A stretch of 62,894 nt of DNA, counting the filler. It is 9 parts of 9 records of this genome, joined end to end, with 100 filler letters (N's around TTAATTAATTAA, not from the genome) between each part and the next. Parts side by side here need not be neighbours in the genome. Positions count along the whole stretch, not along the records: positions 35,209 to 43,991 come from SRR20825010_5685; positions 44,092 to 48,069 come from SRR20825010_5689; positions 48,170 to 51,869 come from SRR20825010_5692; positions 51,970 to 56,717 come from SRR20825010_5700; 5 more parts are not named here. One strand, given 5' to 3'. Of the stretch, positions 41,562 to 52,418 are shown one piece after another. How positions within the stretch are numbered: the first letter of the stretch is position 1; each line of letters begins with the position of its first letter. The notes beneath the pieces were generated by a model. That model worked only from the letters and a program-made list of their open reading frames with translations. It searched no databases and was not told the origin of the DNA. Made by a program: the position numbers and the translations under genes.

Positions 41562-42740
41562 ATGGATACCAAAGAGCTACGCATACTGTTTGTGGTGGAT
41601 GCGATCAAGGGGCGGAATGGCGTCGGCGCCTACTTCCAGGACCTGGTCTCGCATCTGAAAGATCAGGTGGCGCAAGTGGAACTGGTGCAGCCCTGCATGC
41701 AGGATCCTCACCCCTGCCAGGGGGCGTCCATACCGATTCCCGGCGACCCCACCCAGCGGCTGTTCTTTCCCAAAGTACGTGAGCTCAGTGCGCTGGTCTG
41801 GGAAATGAAACCGGATGTGATCGTGATTCCGGGCCCGGGCATTTTCTCCATGATCGGCTACTGGATCGCCAAGAAGTGGGGGATTCCGGTATGCGTCACC
41901 TTCCAGACAGATTACAACCGCCTGGTGGAGCTGTATTGGGGGAAGCGGCTGGCGCGATTGGCCGGGGGCTTTCTCAACTGGGTGAATCGCACCCTGTTTC
42001 AGGGCAGCGAAACCGCCGCCACCATCTGCGAATCGATGATCGCCCAAGCGCGGGCCGCGGGGGCGCGCAATCCACAACTTGTAGGCACACCGTTGGCCCG
42101 CGAATTCGTGCATACGCCAGTGGTCGAGCTGGATAACACTGTGCAGCGGGTCTGTTATGTGGGCCGGCTGGCGGCGGAAAAGAACATTGAATCCTTCCTC
42201 GCGCTGGCGTCCCGTCGCCCGGACCTGCAGTTTGACATTGCCGGCGACGGCCCGCTACGCGGCAAGGTGGAAAAGGCCTGCGGCGAGCAGCGTAACCTGC
42301 ATTTCCACGGCTGGTGTTCCCGTGAGCAAGTGGTCAGCATGCTGGATCGCTGTCAGGTGCTGGTGTTGCCCTCATCGGTGGAAGCCTTTGGCACGGTAGC
42401 GCTGGAAGCCATGGCGCGGGAGCGGTTGGTGATTACCACGCCGGCCTGCGGCATCAATGAATGGCCGGCATTGGCCAACGGCCTGTGGATCATGGACGAG
42501 GGAGAAAGCCTGCTCGATACCCTTGAACGCCTGCAATCACTCAGCCCGGTGACGCGCTCCCTCAAGGCCGGCCAGGCCCGGCAGGCCGCATTATCCATGA
42601 ACAACCATGCGGTGACGCAGTGGACGGCGGTGCTGGCCCACTGCGCTACGTTGGCACCCAACCCAAACCAGGCGCTGCCTTCTCCCACCCTGGCATTGCT
42701 GCGCCGCCTGAGCAGCAGTTATATCCGCAATGCGCTCTGA
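41562..42740 (+). CDS. Glycosyltransferase family 4
   Basis: YVGRLAAEKN, IAGDGP, EAFGTVALEAMA. Confidence 0.92.
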   Translation: MDTKELRILFVVDAIKGRNGVGAYFQDLVSHLKDQVAQVELVQPCMQDPHPCQGASIPIPGDPTQRLFFPKVRELSALVWEMKPDVIVIPGPGIFSMIGYWIAKKWGIPVCVTFQTDYNRLVELYWGKRLARLAGGFLNWVNRTLFQGSETAATICESMIAQARAAGARNPQLVGTPLAREFVHTPVVELDNTVQRVCYVGRLAAEKNIESFLALASRRPDLQFDIAGDGPLRGKVEKACGEQRNLHFHGWCSREQVVSMLDRCQVLVLPSSVEAFGTVALEAMARERLVITTPACGINEWPALANGLWIMDEGESLLDTLERLQSLSPVTRSLKAGQARQAALSMNNHAVTQWTAVLAHCATLAPNPNQALPSPTLALLRRLSSSYIRNAL

Positions 42741-43467
42741 GCCATTAACCGCACTGGTATCGATTCACGATGTGATGCCCGAGACCCGCACGCGTGTCAC
42801 CGCCATGCTGGCGCGGCTGAAGCTGCCCGCCCAAGCGGTGACCTTGCTGGTGGTTCCCGGTAAAGACTGGCAGGCCGATGACCTGGATTGGTTGCGGGGT
42901 CTGCAGGAGGCGGGGCATCCGTTGGCCGGCCATGGCTGGTCTCACCGTTGTCAGCCACCCATGACGCTTTATCACCGCTTGCACAGCGCACTGTTGTCAA
43001 GGGATGTGGCGGAGCATCTGTCGTTCTCCGGCGACGGCATTCAGCGGCTGGTGTGGGACTGTTATCGCTGGTTTATCCGTAATGGCCTGACGCCATCGCC
43101 GCTCTATGTGCCGCCGGCGTGGGCATTAGGCGCGCTGACCCCGGCACAGCTTGCCGGGTTGCCGTTTCGGTATGTGGAAACGCTATTCGGTATCCATGAT
43201 GTCCAGGAGAAAACTTTCACTCGTTTGCCGCTAGTGGGCTTTGAAGCAGATACTGCATTTCGGGCCTGGCTGTTGAGCTTTTCTAACGCGGTAAATATAA
43301 GTCGTTCCAGGCGCGCTCGGGTGCCGGTGCGTATCGGCTTGCATCCATATGATTTTGAGTTGCGCCTTGGTAACAGGATTTCACCCTTGGTGAAATCCTT
43401 ATCGCAGGCACTACCTTATCCGCAGCTAGGCCTGGCGCCAGAGTGGATGCCCAACGGATATATTTAG
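42730..43467 (+). CDS. Polysaccharide deacetylase-like protein (DUF2334 type)
   Basis: VSIHDV, GHGWSH, YVPPAW, IGLHPYD; overlaps the GT4 stop. Confidence 0.8.
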   Translation: MRSEPLTALVSIHDVMPETRTRVTAMLARLKLPAQAVTLLVVPGKDWQADDLDWLRGLQEAGHPLAGHGWSHRCQPPMTLYHRLHSALLSRDVAEHLSFSGDGIQRLVWDCYRWFIRNGLTPSPLYVPPAWALGALTPAQLAGLPFRYVETLFGIHDVQEKTFTRLPLVGFEADTAFRAWLLSFSNAVNISRSRRARVPVRIGLHPYDFELRLGNRISPLVKSLSQALPYPQLGLAPEWMPNGYI

Positions 43468-43991
43468 TCCCGATAACGTTTGCGCAAGTCGCCATAGGCG
43501 TCCACGCGCCGGTCGCGCAGGTAGGGCCAGATGCGGCGTACGGATTCACTGCGTTGCATGTCTACATCAGCGAGCAGCACCTGCTCATTGTTGCTGTCGG
43601 CCTGGGCCAGGAATTCGCCCTGTGGCCCGCAGATAAAGCTGTTTCCCCAGAACTGTATGCCGCTGTCGTCCGCCGGGCTTTGTTCAAAGCCGGTGCGGTT
43701 GGCGACCAGCACCGGTAAACCGTTGGCCACGGCATGGGCGCGCTGAATGGTGATCCAGGCGTCCAGCTGGCGCTGTTGCTCGTCCTGTTCATCGCTACGG
43801 TCCCAGCCGATGGCGGTGGGGTAGAGCAGCAGGTCGGCGCCGGCCAGTGCCATCAGGCGGGCGGCCTCCGGGTACCATTGGTCCCAGCACACCAGCAGGC
43901 CCAGTTTGCCCACGCTGGTGTCGATGGGGCTGAAGCCGCTGCGGCCATCGTTGAAGTCTGCATCGCCGGGGGTGAAATAGAATTTTTCATA
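43464..43991 (-). CDS. Carbon-nitrogen hydrolase, N-carbamoylputrescine amidase-like (5'-truncated)
   Basis: EKFYFTPGD, VCWDQWYPEAAR, YPTAIGW, WPYLRDRR. Confidence 0.9.
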   Translation of the reverse strand, partial: YEKFYFTPGDADFNDGRSGFSPIDTSVGKLGLLVCWDQWYPEAARLMALAGADLLLYPTAIGWDRSDEQDEQQRQLDAWITIQRAHAVANGLPVLVANRTGFEQSPADDSGIQFWGNSFICGPQGEFLAQADSNNEQVLLADVDMQRSESVRRIWPYLRDRRVDAYGDLRKRYRD

Positions 43992-44091
43992 NNNNNNNNN
44001 NNNNNNNNNNNNNNNNNNNNNNNNNNNNNNNNNNNTTAATTAATTAANNNNNNNNNNNNNNNNNNNNNNNNNNNNNNNNNNNNNNNNNNNN

Positions 44092-44790
44092 TATTTCGAC
44101 AGCGCGCTGGACGCCGACAGCATCCTGGAGTTCGGGTTTGAGAACATCTGTATCGCCACAGGCGCAAAGTGGCGGCGCGACGGGGTCGGCCGTCAGCATG
44201 TGGTGCCCTTCCCGATGGATGCAGCCACCCCGATCTACACACCCGACGACATCATGGACGGGCAACGCCCCTCTGGCCATGTGGTGATCTATGACGACGA
44301 TCACTACTACATGGGCGGCGTTCTGGCTGAACTGTTGCGGCAGGAGGGCTGTGAAGTCACCATCGTCACGCCCTCGGCCTATTTGTCCGACTGGACGGTT
44401 AACACGTTGGAACAGCACACGATCCACCGCCGGCTGGCCGAAATGGGGGTTGAGATCGTGTTGAACCGAGGCGTCACCGCCATCGGCAAGGGGCATGTCG
44501 TGACCAATTGCACCTACACGGATCGCCTGACAGAGATTGGCTGCGATGCGGTTGTCGTGGCCACCTCTAAGCTGGAAAACAACACACTTTATACCGACCT
44601 TTTGGCGCGGCAGGGTGATTGGGCCGACGCGGGCATCAAATCGGTCAAAATCATCGGCGACGCCGAGGCCCCCGGGCCCATCGCCTGGGCCACCTACGCA
44701 GGCCACCGCTATGCGCGTGAGTTGGACGGCGAAGACATCGGCGATGCGCTGCCCTTCCGCCGCGAAATCACAGAGTTGGCGGCAGAATGA
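44092..44790 (+). CDS. Trimethylamine/histamine dehydrogenase-like flavoprotein, C-terminal part
   Basis: ATGAKWRRDG, VVIYDDDHYYMGGVLAE, IGDAEAPGPIAWATYAGHRYARE. Confidence 0.82.
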   Translation, partial: YFDSALDADSILEFGFENICIATGAKWRRDGVGRQHVVPFPMDAATPIYTPDDIMDGQRPSGHVVIYDDDHYYMGGVLAELLRQEGCEVTIVTPSAYLSDWTVNTLEQHTIHRRLAEMGVEIVLNRGVTAIGKGHVVTNCTYTDRLTEIGCDAVVVATSKLENNTLYTDLLARQGDWADAGIKSVKIIGDAEAPGPIAWATYAGHRYARELDGEDIGDALPFRREITELAAE

Positions 44791-46121
44791 AAGACCCGTT
44801 TCCCTTTGACCCCGCCGCGACGGATCAGATCCTTGAGTGGACCGCCCGTCGCATCGCCGACGGCCCTGACCCGAAACACGGCGCGCAGGCCTTTGCCGCG
44901 CTAGAGCCGATCCTTGGCGGGTCGATCACCGCAGACGGCATTGGGGGTGACGCCGCCTTTGGCCTGTTCACTGACACCATCGTGCCCTCGACCCGGCCTT
45001 TCGGGCATCCCACCAGCCTGTCCTTTGTCGCATCCGCCCCCAGCCGCGCGGCGCTGAGTTTCGACGCGGCCCTTGGCGCGGCAGGCATCTTTGCGGGCAA
45101 TTGGGACGGCGGCGCGGGCGCGATCCATGCGGAAAATCAGGCGCTGCGCTGGATTGCCGATCTTGCCAGCTGGGGGGACAGCGCGGGCGGCGTGTTTGTG
45201 GCGGGCGGCACCTTGGGCAACCTGTCGGCCCTGCACGCGGCACGCGAATGGCATCGCCGCACCCACGGACGCCGCGACCGCCGCGCCATCCTCTGTTCGT
45301 CCGAGGCGCACAGTTCCATCGCCGCCGTCGCGCGGATCATGGATGTTGAGGTGATCCTTGTGCCTGCGGATGCCTCGGGGCGCATGTCCGGGGAAGCAGC
45401 AAAGGCCCACTTGGAGGACCACCTCTTTGCCATCGTCGCCAACGGCGGCGCAACCAATTGCGGCGCGGTCGATGACATCGCCGGTCTGGCGGATTTGGCG
45501 CAGGCGCATGGGCTCTGGCTACATGTCGACGGGGCCTATGGTGGCGCGGCGCTGGCCGATCCGGTCATGCGGCCCGCGTTCGACGGCATAGAGAAGGCCG
45601 ACAGTCTGATCGTCGATCCGCACAAGTGGCTGTTTGCGCCCTATGACAGCTGCGCGCTGATCTATCGCGATGCCGGTCACGGCGCGGCGGCGCATGGGCA
45701 GCAGGCGGTCTATCTGGACACCGTGGACAAGACCCATTGGAACCCCTCCGACTACGCCCTGCACCTGACCCGCCGGGCGCGCGGCCTGCCGTTGTGGTAT
45801 GCGCTGGCTACACATGGCACCCGCGCCTTCACGCAAGCTATCGCCGCCACGCGTGAGGTGGCAGAGGAGATTGCACAGGGGATCGCGGCCACCCAAGGGC
45901 TGGACCTGCTTCTTGGCCCACAACTGACGGTAATCCTGTTCCGCCCCAAGGACATGTCCGAGGACGCCATGATAACATGGGCCGAGGGGCATCGCCGGTC
46001 CGGTGCGCTGCTGTGCCTGCCGACACGCTGGCGCGGCGAGATGGTGTTTCGCCTGTGTATCGTGAACCCGCAGACCGACCCCGATGCCGTGTTGGAAACG
46101 CTGAAAACACTGGTGCCATGA
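44787..46121 (+). CDS. Group II PLP-dependent decarboxylase
   Basis: GGTLGNL, HVDGAYGG, VDPHKWLF. Confidence 0.92.
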   Translation: MKDPFPFDPAATDQILEWTARRIADGPDPKHGAQAFAALEPILGGSITADGIGGDAAFGLFTDTIVPSTRPFGHPTSLSFVASAPSRAALSFDAALGAAGIFAGNWDGGAGAIHAENQALRWIADLASWGDSAGGVFVAGGTLGNLSALHAAREWHRRTHGRRDRRAILCSSEAHSSIAAVARIMDVEVILVPADASGRMSGEAAKAHLEDHLFAIVANGGATNCGAVDDIAGLADLAQAHGLWLHVDGAYGGAALADPVMRPAFDGIEKADSLIVDPHKWLFAPYDSCALIYRDAGHGAAAHGQQAVYLDTVDKTHWNPSDYALHLTRRARGLPLWYALATHGTRAFTQAIAATREVAEEIAQGIAATQGLDLLLGPQLTVILFRPKDMSEDAMITWAEGHRRSGALLCLPTRWRGEMVFRLCIVNPQTDPDAVLETLKTLVP

Positions 46122-47248
46122 CGACAAGCCTTGAGATCCTCGACCGACTTGTCGGGTTCGACACGGTCAGCGCCCGGTCGAACCTGCCGCTGATCACCTA
46201 TGTCGAGGACTTCCTGAAAACCCGCGGCTTTGCCGTCACACGCGTCCCCGACCCGGTCGAGGGCAAGGCCGGGTTGTTCGCCAGTATCGGACCGACGGGC
46301 GCAGGCATCCTGCTGTCAGCCCATACAGATGTGGTCCCGGTCGAGGGCCAGACCTGGACCCGCGACCCGTTCCGCCTGACCGTCGAAGGCGACCGCCTGT
46401 ACGGACGCGGCACCACTGACATGAAGGGATTTCTGGCCGCAATGCTGGCCTGCGCCGACAAGGCGTCAAAACGCACGCTGCGCGAACCCCTGAAACTGGC
46501 GATCTCATACGATGAAGAAATCGGCTGTGTCGGTATCGCGCGGATGATCGATGCTTTGCCCCCCGCCATCGGCCTGCCCCGCGCGTGTATTGTGGGAGAG
46601 CCGACCTCGATGCAGGTCGCCGTGGGTCACAAGGGCAAAAGCGCGATCCGCGCCATCTGTCACGGCGAGGCCGGGCATTCCGCGCTTGCGCCACGGTTCA
46701 CCAACGCGCTGCACCTTGCCGCGGATCTGGTGGCCGGGTTGCGGGCGCTGCAAGACGATCTGGCAACGCATGGCGCACAGGACGACAGCTATGCGATCCC
46801 CTATAGCACCGTGCATGTGGGCAAACTGTCAGGCGGCACCGCGCTGAACATCGTCCCCGACCGGGCCGAGCTGTTGTTTGAGTTCCGCCACCTTGCCGCC
46901 GACGCCCCAGACAGCCTGATGGCGCGCATCCGCGCCCTTGCCGACGACATCGCCACCACCCACGGCGCGGCGATTACGCTGGAGCAGGTCACCGCCTACC
47001 CCGGTCTGGACACCCCCGCCGACGCCGAGGTCACGCGCCTTGTCCAGCGCCTTGCCCGCAAGCAGACGCTGACCAAGGTCGCCTTTGGAACAGAGGCCGG
47101 TTTCTTTGACGCCCTTGGCATCCCCACCGTTGTCTGCGGGCCCGGCGACATGGAGGCGCAGGGCCACAAACCGGACGAATACCTGCTGCATTCGCAGCTG
47201 GACGCCTGCGACTCGATGCTCGACTCGGTGCTCGACCATCTCGGCTGA
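46118..47248 (+). CDS. argE: Acetylornithine deacetylase family (M20)
   Basis: SAHTDVVP, GRGTTDMKG, DEEIGC, GEPT, HKPDEY. Confidence 0.88.
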   Translation: MTTSLEILDRLVGFDTVSARSNLPLITYVEDFLKTRGFAVTRVPDPVEGKAGLFASIGPTGAGILLSAHTDVVPVEGQTWTRDPFRLTVEGDRLYGRGTTDMKGFLAAMLACADKASKRTLREPLKLAISYDEEIGCVGIARMIDALPPAIGLPRACIVGEPTSMQVAVGHKGKSAIRAICHGEAGHSALAPRFTNALHLAADLVAGLRALQDDLATHGAQDDSYAIPYSTVHVGKLSGGTALNIVPDRAELLFEFRHLAADAPDSLMARIRALADDIATTHGAAITLEQVTAYPGLDTPADAEVTRLVQRLARKQTLTKVAFGTEAGFFDALGIPTVVCGPGDMEAQGHKPDEYLLHSQLDACDSMLDSVLDHLG

Positions 47249-47448
47249 CCTTGCGAGGAATCTCAATGTCGCTCAAAAATTATGCGTCTGCGGCACCTTT
47301 TTGTGCAACCATTCGGGCGGCGGTAGGAAAACCCGTTTTTCGGCGCGTCTTAGGCTAAGGCTAATGACCGCTGAGGCAGTCGTTGCTTCTGACCTTCGGA
47401 CGGCCTTTCTATGCTCCTGCCAGCAATCGGACCAAAGGCGGGGCGCGC

Positions 47449-48069
47449 GTGGCAACAGAAACATCCAATGCGATCGACGTGCAAAACGCGGTCAAACGGT
47501 ACGGCGATTTCACCGCTCTCAAACGCGTGTCGTTATCGATCCGGGACAATGAGTTCTTTACTCTGCTTGGCCCCTCTGGATGTGGCAAGACCACGCTCTT
47601 GCGGATGATCGCCGGGTTTGAGGACGTGACCGAGGGCGCGATCCACCTGTTCGGCGACGACATCGTAACCCTGCCGCCGCACAAGCGCCCGATCAACACG
47701 GTGTTCCAGAACTACGCCCTGTTTCCGCATATGACCGTGCTGGACAACGTCGGTTTCGGCCTTGAAATGCTGGGCAGTACCAAGTCAGAGGCCCGCGCCC
47801 GAGCAGGCGAAGTGTTGGAAATGGTGCAGCTGTCGCAATTCGCGGCGCGCAAGCCATCGCAACTGTCCGGTGGTCAGCAACAACGTGTGGCCCTCGCCCG
47901 CGCGCTGGCCCCGCGTCCCAAGGTGCTGCTGCTGGACGAACCGCTGAGCGCGCTGGACCTCAAGCTGCGCAAGGCGATGCAGATCGAACTGAAGCACCTT
48001 CAACGCGACACCGGCATCACCTTTATCTTTGTCACCCATGATCAGGAAGAGGCGCTGACCATGTCCGAC
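47449..48069 (+). CDS. Polyamine-type ABC transporter ATP-binding subunit (3'-truncated)
   Basis: [27 protein letters not shown]. Confidence 0.92.
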
Positions 48070-48169
48070 NNNNNNNNNNNNNNNNNNNNNNNNNNNNNNN
48101 NNNNNNNNNNNNNTTAATTAATTAANNNNNNNNNNNNNNNNNNNNNNNNNNNNNNNNNNNNNNNNNNNN

Positions 48170-48857
48170 GATGCATATCAATCTGCATAAAACCTTTTCG
48201 ACCCCGCATGGCGGTGGTGGACCGGGTTCCGGGCCGGTTGTGTTTTCAGATGCATTGGCACCCTATGCGCCGATCCCTTATGTCGTTCGCAATGAAAATG
48301 GCTTCCATCTGGTCGAAACCGCAGATGAAAAAGATGGCAAAAAGCCATTTGGTCGTCTGAAAGGGTTCCATGGTCAAATGGGCATGTTCGTTCGTGCGCT
48401 GACCTATATGAAAAGCCACGGTGCGGACGGTTTGCGTCAGGCATCCGGGGATGCGGTTCTGAATGCCAATTATCTGCTGGCACGTCTGAAGGACAAACTG
48501 AGCGTCGCCTTCCCGGGATATTGCATGCATGAAGCCCTGTTTGACGACAGCTTCCTGAAAGATACCGACGTCTCGACACTGGACTTTGCAAAGGCAATCA
48601 TCGACGAAGGGTTCCACCCGATGACGATGTATTTCCCGCTGGTCGTTCACGGCGCACTTTTGATCGAGCCGACCGAGACCGAAACCAAGGAATCGATCGA
48701 TCAGTTTTGCGATGCGATCCTGTCGCTTGTCGCCAAGGCCGAGTCGGGTGATGCGGAGTTCTTTAAGAATGCGCCTTATCTGACACCGCGTCGTCGACTG
48801 GATGAGACAGCGGCTGCACGGAAGCCTGTGTTGCGCTGGAAACCGGAAACGGCTTGA
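48170..48857 (+). CDS. gcvPB: Glycine dehydrogenase subunit 2 (5'-truncated)
   Basis: HINLHKTFSTPHGGGGPG, IEPTETE, RRLDET. Confidence 0.95.
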
Positions 48858-48881
48858 TAAGCAACGCACCTTGCGATTTCA

Positions 48882-48916
48882 GAACACCCCGGCCCTGTGT
48901 CGGGGTGTTCTTTTTC
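48882..48916 (+). terminator. Rho-independent terminator
   Basis: GAACACCCCGGC-CCTGT-GTCGGGGTGTTC then TTTTT. Confidence 0.8.
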
Positions 48917-49060
48917 AATGACTTGCACTTGAAACCCATTGGACTTGTTGCAATCTGAACCCTTATACTTGTCTGAAGTACTAATGAACGGCATCAGTAA
49001 ATGGTGTGTTTGGGGATTATGTGTTCGGGCATTGCCCGTTCCGGAGGTTTGAAGTCAGTC

Positions 49061-49975
49061 ATGTCTCGTCGCGTGCAAAAAGTATTCACTGCCGAACGTC
49101 GATTAAAAGAACGGACAGGTGGGGTTGTTGAAGATTGGTCGGACTCCTTTTTTGATCCGACGCTTGAGGCCGGACTTGGTGCCGGTGAGGCGATGACGCC
49201 TTCACTGCCATCATCAAATGCATCTGAAGGCGGCTCTGACCTGACACAAGCTGTCCTCGATGAAATCCGTGCGCTGCGTGGCGAAGTTTCGCAATTGCGT
49301 TCTGCTGTGGCATCTGGTGGCACCGTAAGTGCCGATGTTGCTGCACCTCTTGCGTCAAATGACCCGCCGCTTGATGTGTTGCCTGAACCTGTTTCGAGCA
49401 ATTTCACACATAGCAATCGCCCCGGGGCAGCTGAACCGGATCGGGATGATCTGGAATTGATTCGCACCCAGATTGCCGAAATGAACGAGCATATCCACAA
49501 GGCCAAGGTCCAGATTGCATCACTTCGTCATCCCAAGGCGTCCGATGATCGGATCGTCAGTGCGACGTCGGAGTTGGATGCGATTGTCAAAGATACAGAG
49601 ATGGCAACACACACCATTCTGGAATCGGCTGAACAGATTGATGATCTGGCGATGACGTTGAAAAACTCTGCACCAAGTGAATTTGTTGCAGATCACGTCG
49701 AACAGATCGCCTTTATCGTTACAAAGATTTTTGAATCCTGCAATTTTCAGGACATCACAGGTCAGCGTATCAACAAGGTGGTTCGGACACTGGAATTCGT
49801 TGAAGAACGTGTCCACAATATGATCTCGATCTGGGGCGAAGAGGCCTTTGCCGATCTTCCGGTTCCGGAAAGCGATGCCAAAGAAAGCGAGCCTGATGAT
49901 TCCGATCTTTTGAACGGTCCTCAGCTTCAGGGCGAGGGGATTAGTCAGGACGATATCGATAAATTGTTCGATTAA
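49061..49975 (+). CDS. cheZ: Chemotaxis phosphatase CheZ, alphaproteobacterial type
   Basis: ELDAIV..TE.AT..IL, FQDITGQRI, LLNGPQ, SQDDIDKLFD. Confidence 0.88.
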   Translation: MSRRVQKVFTAERRLKERTGGVVEDWSDSFFDPTLEAGLGAGEAMTPSLPSSNASEGGSDLTQAVLDEIRALRGEVSQLRSAVASGGTVSADVAAPLASNDPPLDVLPEPVSSNFTHSNRPGAAEPDRDDLELIRTQIAEMNEHIHKAKVQIASLRHPKASDDRIVSATSELDAIVKDTEMATHTILESAEQIDDLAMTLKNSAPSEFVADHVEQIAFIVTKIFESCNFQDITGQRINKVVRTLEFVEERVHNMISIWGEEAFADLPVPESDAKESEPDDSDLLNGPQLQGEGISQDDIDKLFD

Positions 49976-50184
49976 CGGTGAAAAATCTTGGGTTTCTGCC
50001 TATATTTAGGGAGTGACCGTACCCAACCCTTTCAAAGAAAAAGGGTGAAGGTGTCCAAGCAGGGCCTTTCGTCAACTAAACGTTTACAAATGTTGGGGTA
50101 GGTTCATACCTATAAGAATAAGAAGCGATGTTGGGATGCGTGTGATATTCGGTTGCACGCGTTTTAGCGTGCTTGGAGGATACT

Positions 50185-50589
50185 ATGGGATTTTGGTCTC
50201 TTGGTGCTATTCGCCAGCCTAAGGCGCAGGATATTAAGTGGCGGAAGAGCCCGCGTGGTGACTACTATCGCCTCTTCATGATCGATGACATTTCAGAGCT
50301 TAAACTGAATGGCGTTGGTGGTGTGTATTTGCTGTGGCATGGCGGGATAAAGCCATCTTGGCTCGTCGCAGGCGCGACAGAGGATCTTGGGCACAGTTTT
50401 TCGGAACTGATGCGCGATCCCGATATTCGCGAATATGACGGCCGCGGCGGTGTTTACATGAGCTGGTCGCCGATCAAAGGCAGCTTCCGGGAAGGGGTTG
50501 TGCATTTCATCGCAAAGCACACCAACCCGACCTTTGAGTGTGACTATGACAGCAAATCAGACCCGATACCGGTTCTGTTGCCGCGATAA
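50185..50589 (+). CDS. Hypothetical protein, possible degenerate GIY-YIG fold
   Basis: RBS GGAGG; GGVYLLW...LVAGATEDL. Confidence 0.6.
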   Translation: MGFWSLGAIRQPKAQDIKWRKSPRGDYYRLFMIDDISELKLNGVGGVYLLWHGGIKPSWLVAGATEDLGHSFSELMRDPDIREYDGRGGVYMSWSPIKGSFREGVVHFIAKHTNPTFECDYDSKSDPIPVLLPR

Positions 50590-50619
50590 CCACGCAACGT
50601 CGTCTTGGCTTCAGATATA

Positions 50620-50651
50620 ATAAAGCTCCGCAGTTACCTGCGGAGCTTTAT
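50620..50651. terminator. Bidirectional terminator
   Basis: ATAAAGCTCCGCAG-TTAC-CTGCGGAGCTTTAT between convergent genes. Confidence 0.8.
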
Positions 50652-50676
50652 GTGCTTTTACCTGCAAAAATTCAGC

Positions 50677-51156
50677 TTAGAGCTTCGCAAGTACGGCTTC
50701 GGCACTTGATACGTCAAATGCGCCCGGCTCTTCGACAGCAAGATGGGTGACTTTGCCGTTATCGACGATCATGGCAAAGCGGTTGGCACGCTTGCCAAGG
50801 CCACGGCCGGTCAGATCAAGTTCAAGACCGGTTGCATCGACGAATGCCAGATCACCGTCAGACAACATGGTGATGTCGGTGGCTTTTTCGCTGGTGGCCC
50901 ACGCCTGCATGACGAATGCATCGTTCGATGCAAGGCATGCGATTTCATCGACACCCTTTGCTTTGATCTCGTCGGATTTGGCGACGAATCCCGGAAGGTG
51001 CTTGGCCGAGCAGGTCGGGGTGAAAGCGCCAGGAACAGCAAACAGAACGATTTTGCGGCCTGCGAAGAATTCTTTGGAGTTTACGGCTTCCGGGCCATCG
51101 CTTGTGGCGCGGAAAAGAGTGACGTCCGGGAGTTCATTGCCGACTGAAATGGTCAT
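50677..51156 (-). CDS. Peroxiredoxin (Prx5 type)
   Basis: VPGAFTPTCS, NDAFVM. Confidence 0.95.
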   Translation of the reverse strand: MTISVGNELPDVTLFRATSDGPEAVNSKEFFAGRKIVLFAVPGAFTPTCSAKHLPGFVAKSDEIKAKGVDEIACLASNDAFVMQAWATSEKATDITMLSDGDLAFVDATGLELDLTGRGLGKRANRFAMIVDNGKVTHLAVEEPGAFDVSSAEAVLAKL

Positions 51157-51357
51157 GGGTATCTCCGTATGGGGTGCGCAATCCCGTTGATTGCGCGATG
51201 GATCGTATGGTTGGGAATCAAACTACAAATTCGTTGGATATTCAATGCCATCCAGCGGTGTTTTTCGTAAGTTTCATCAGGAAGACTTTTCAGCGATCTT
51301 TGAGTGATGCCTGAAACGCCTGCTGCACTTTCTCTACGGGCGATCTTTGAGGTGTGA

Positions 51358-51869
51358 TCATTGTGCGTTTTTCGCAAGGTCACTGCTGGTATTAGCATCG
51401 CGCAAAGCCGTCAAAACAGCATCGGTGCTGAGCAATTCCGATAGTAAAATTCCGTCAGGCGCATTGGGACCAAAGACCGCATTAAACGGAATGCCAAAAC
51501 GCCCATAAGATGCCAGATAATCAGAAATCTGTTGGTTCGGGCGGGTCCAGTCGGCCTGCATCAGAACGATGTTGTCGCTTTGAAGCGCATCGGAAACCTC
51601 GGCTGTTTCAAGCACCAGCTTTTTATTGACCTGACAGGTCACACACCATTCGGCGGTGACGTCGACCAGAACCGTTTTCCCATCCGCAACAAGGCTGCCA
51701 ATGGTTTCAGGTGCGAAGCTTTGCCATTGAAGCGGACCTGTTTTGGTGTTGCCAGCCATCGGTGCAATAGGTTGGGAAAAGCCCGGTGCAAACAGGGCGA
51801 CAAGGAAGCCCAAAACAGCAAATGCGGTAAAGGCAAATCGCGGACGTAAGGATGACGTGCGTTTACGTG
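51358..51869 (-). CDS. DsbD-family protein, C-terminal thioredoxin domain (5'-truncated)
   Basis: DVTAEWCVTCQVN, ADWT, GIPFN. Confidence 0.88.
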
Positions 51870-51969
51870 NNNNNNNNNNNNNNNNNNNNNNNNNNNNNNN
51901 NNNNNNNNNNNNNTTAATTAATTAANNNNNNNNNNNNNNNNNNNNNNNNNNNNNNNNNNNNNNNNNNNN

Positions 51970-52190
51970 ACGCCATACTTGGATGAGTTCACAACCTGTA
52001 GAATTTTCGCTGCCAGCGCGGGATCATGCTCGATACATCGAACAATATCATCGATACGGCTTTCCGGATCTCGAGTCAGTTGCAGAATCTGTTGTGCAAC
52101 TTTCGGGGCCGAGTGTAAGCGATCTAAACGTTGGACAAATTGATCTGCCAGATCAACAGGGTCTGCACAATTATCAACTAACATGACCAT
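51970..52190 (-). CDS. HDOD-domain protein (3'-truncated)
   Basis: IEHDPALAAKILQVVNS. Confidence 0.85.
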
Positions 52191-52418
52191 CCTTCTTTTT
52201 GTAGTTTTCTGCGTTGCAATTTAGCCCGTTTGGGGATTCTCTTCTCTCGAAATCTATCTTTGAGAGAACGCAGACACGGTCAATAATTGAGATCCGAAAA
52301 CCAGTTTATTGATTCTCGGATGCGACTGTTCCAGAAATAACGGTCGGAACTGTTGTAGTACCAGCCGGCTCTCGATTCTGAGAATGGTTTCCCTCCTCAG
52401 AACTTTCCCTGTTTGGAC

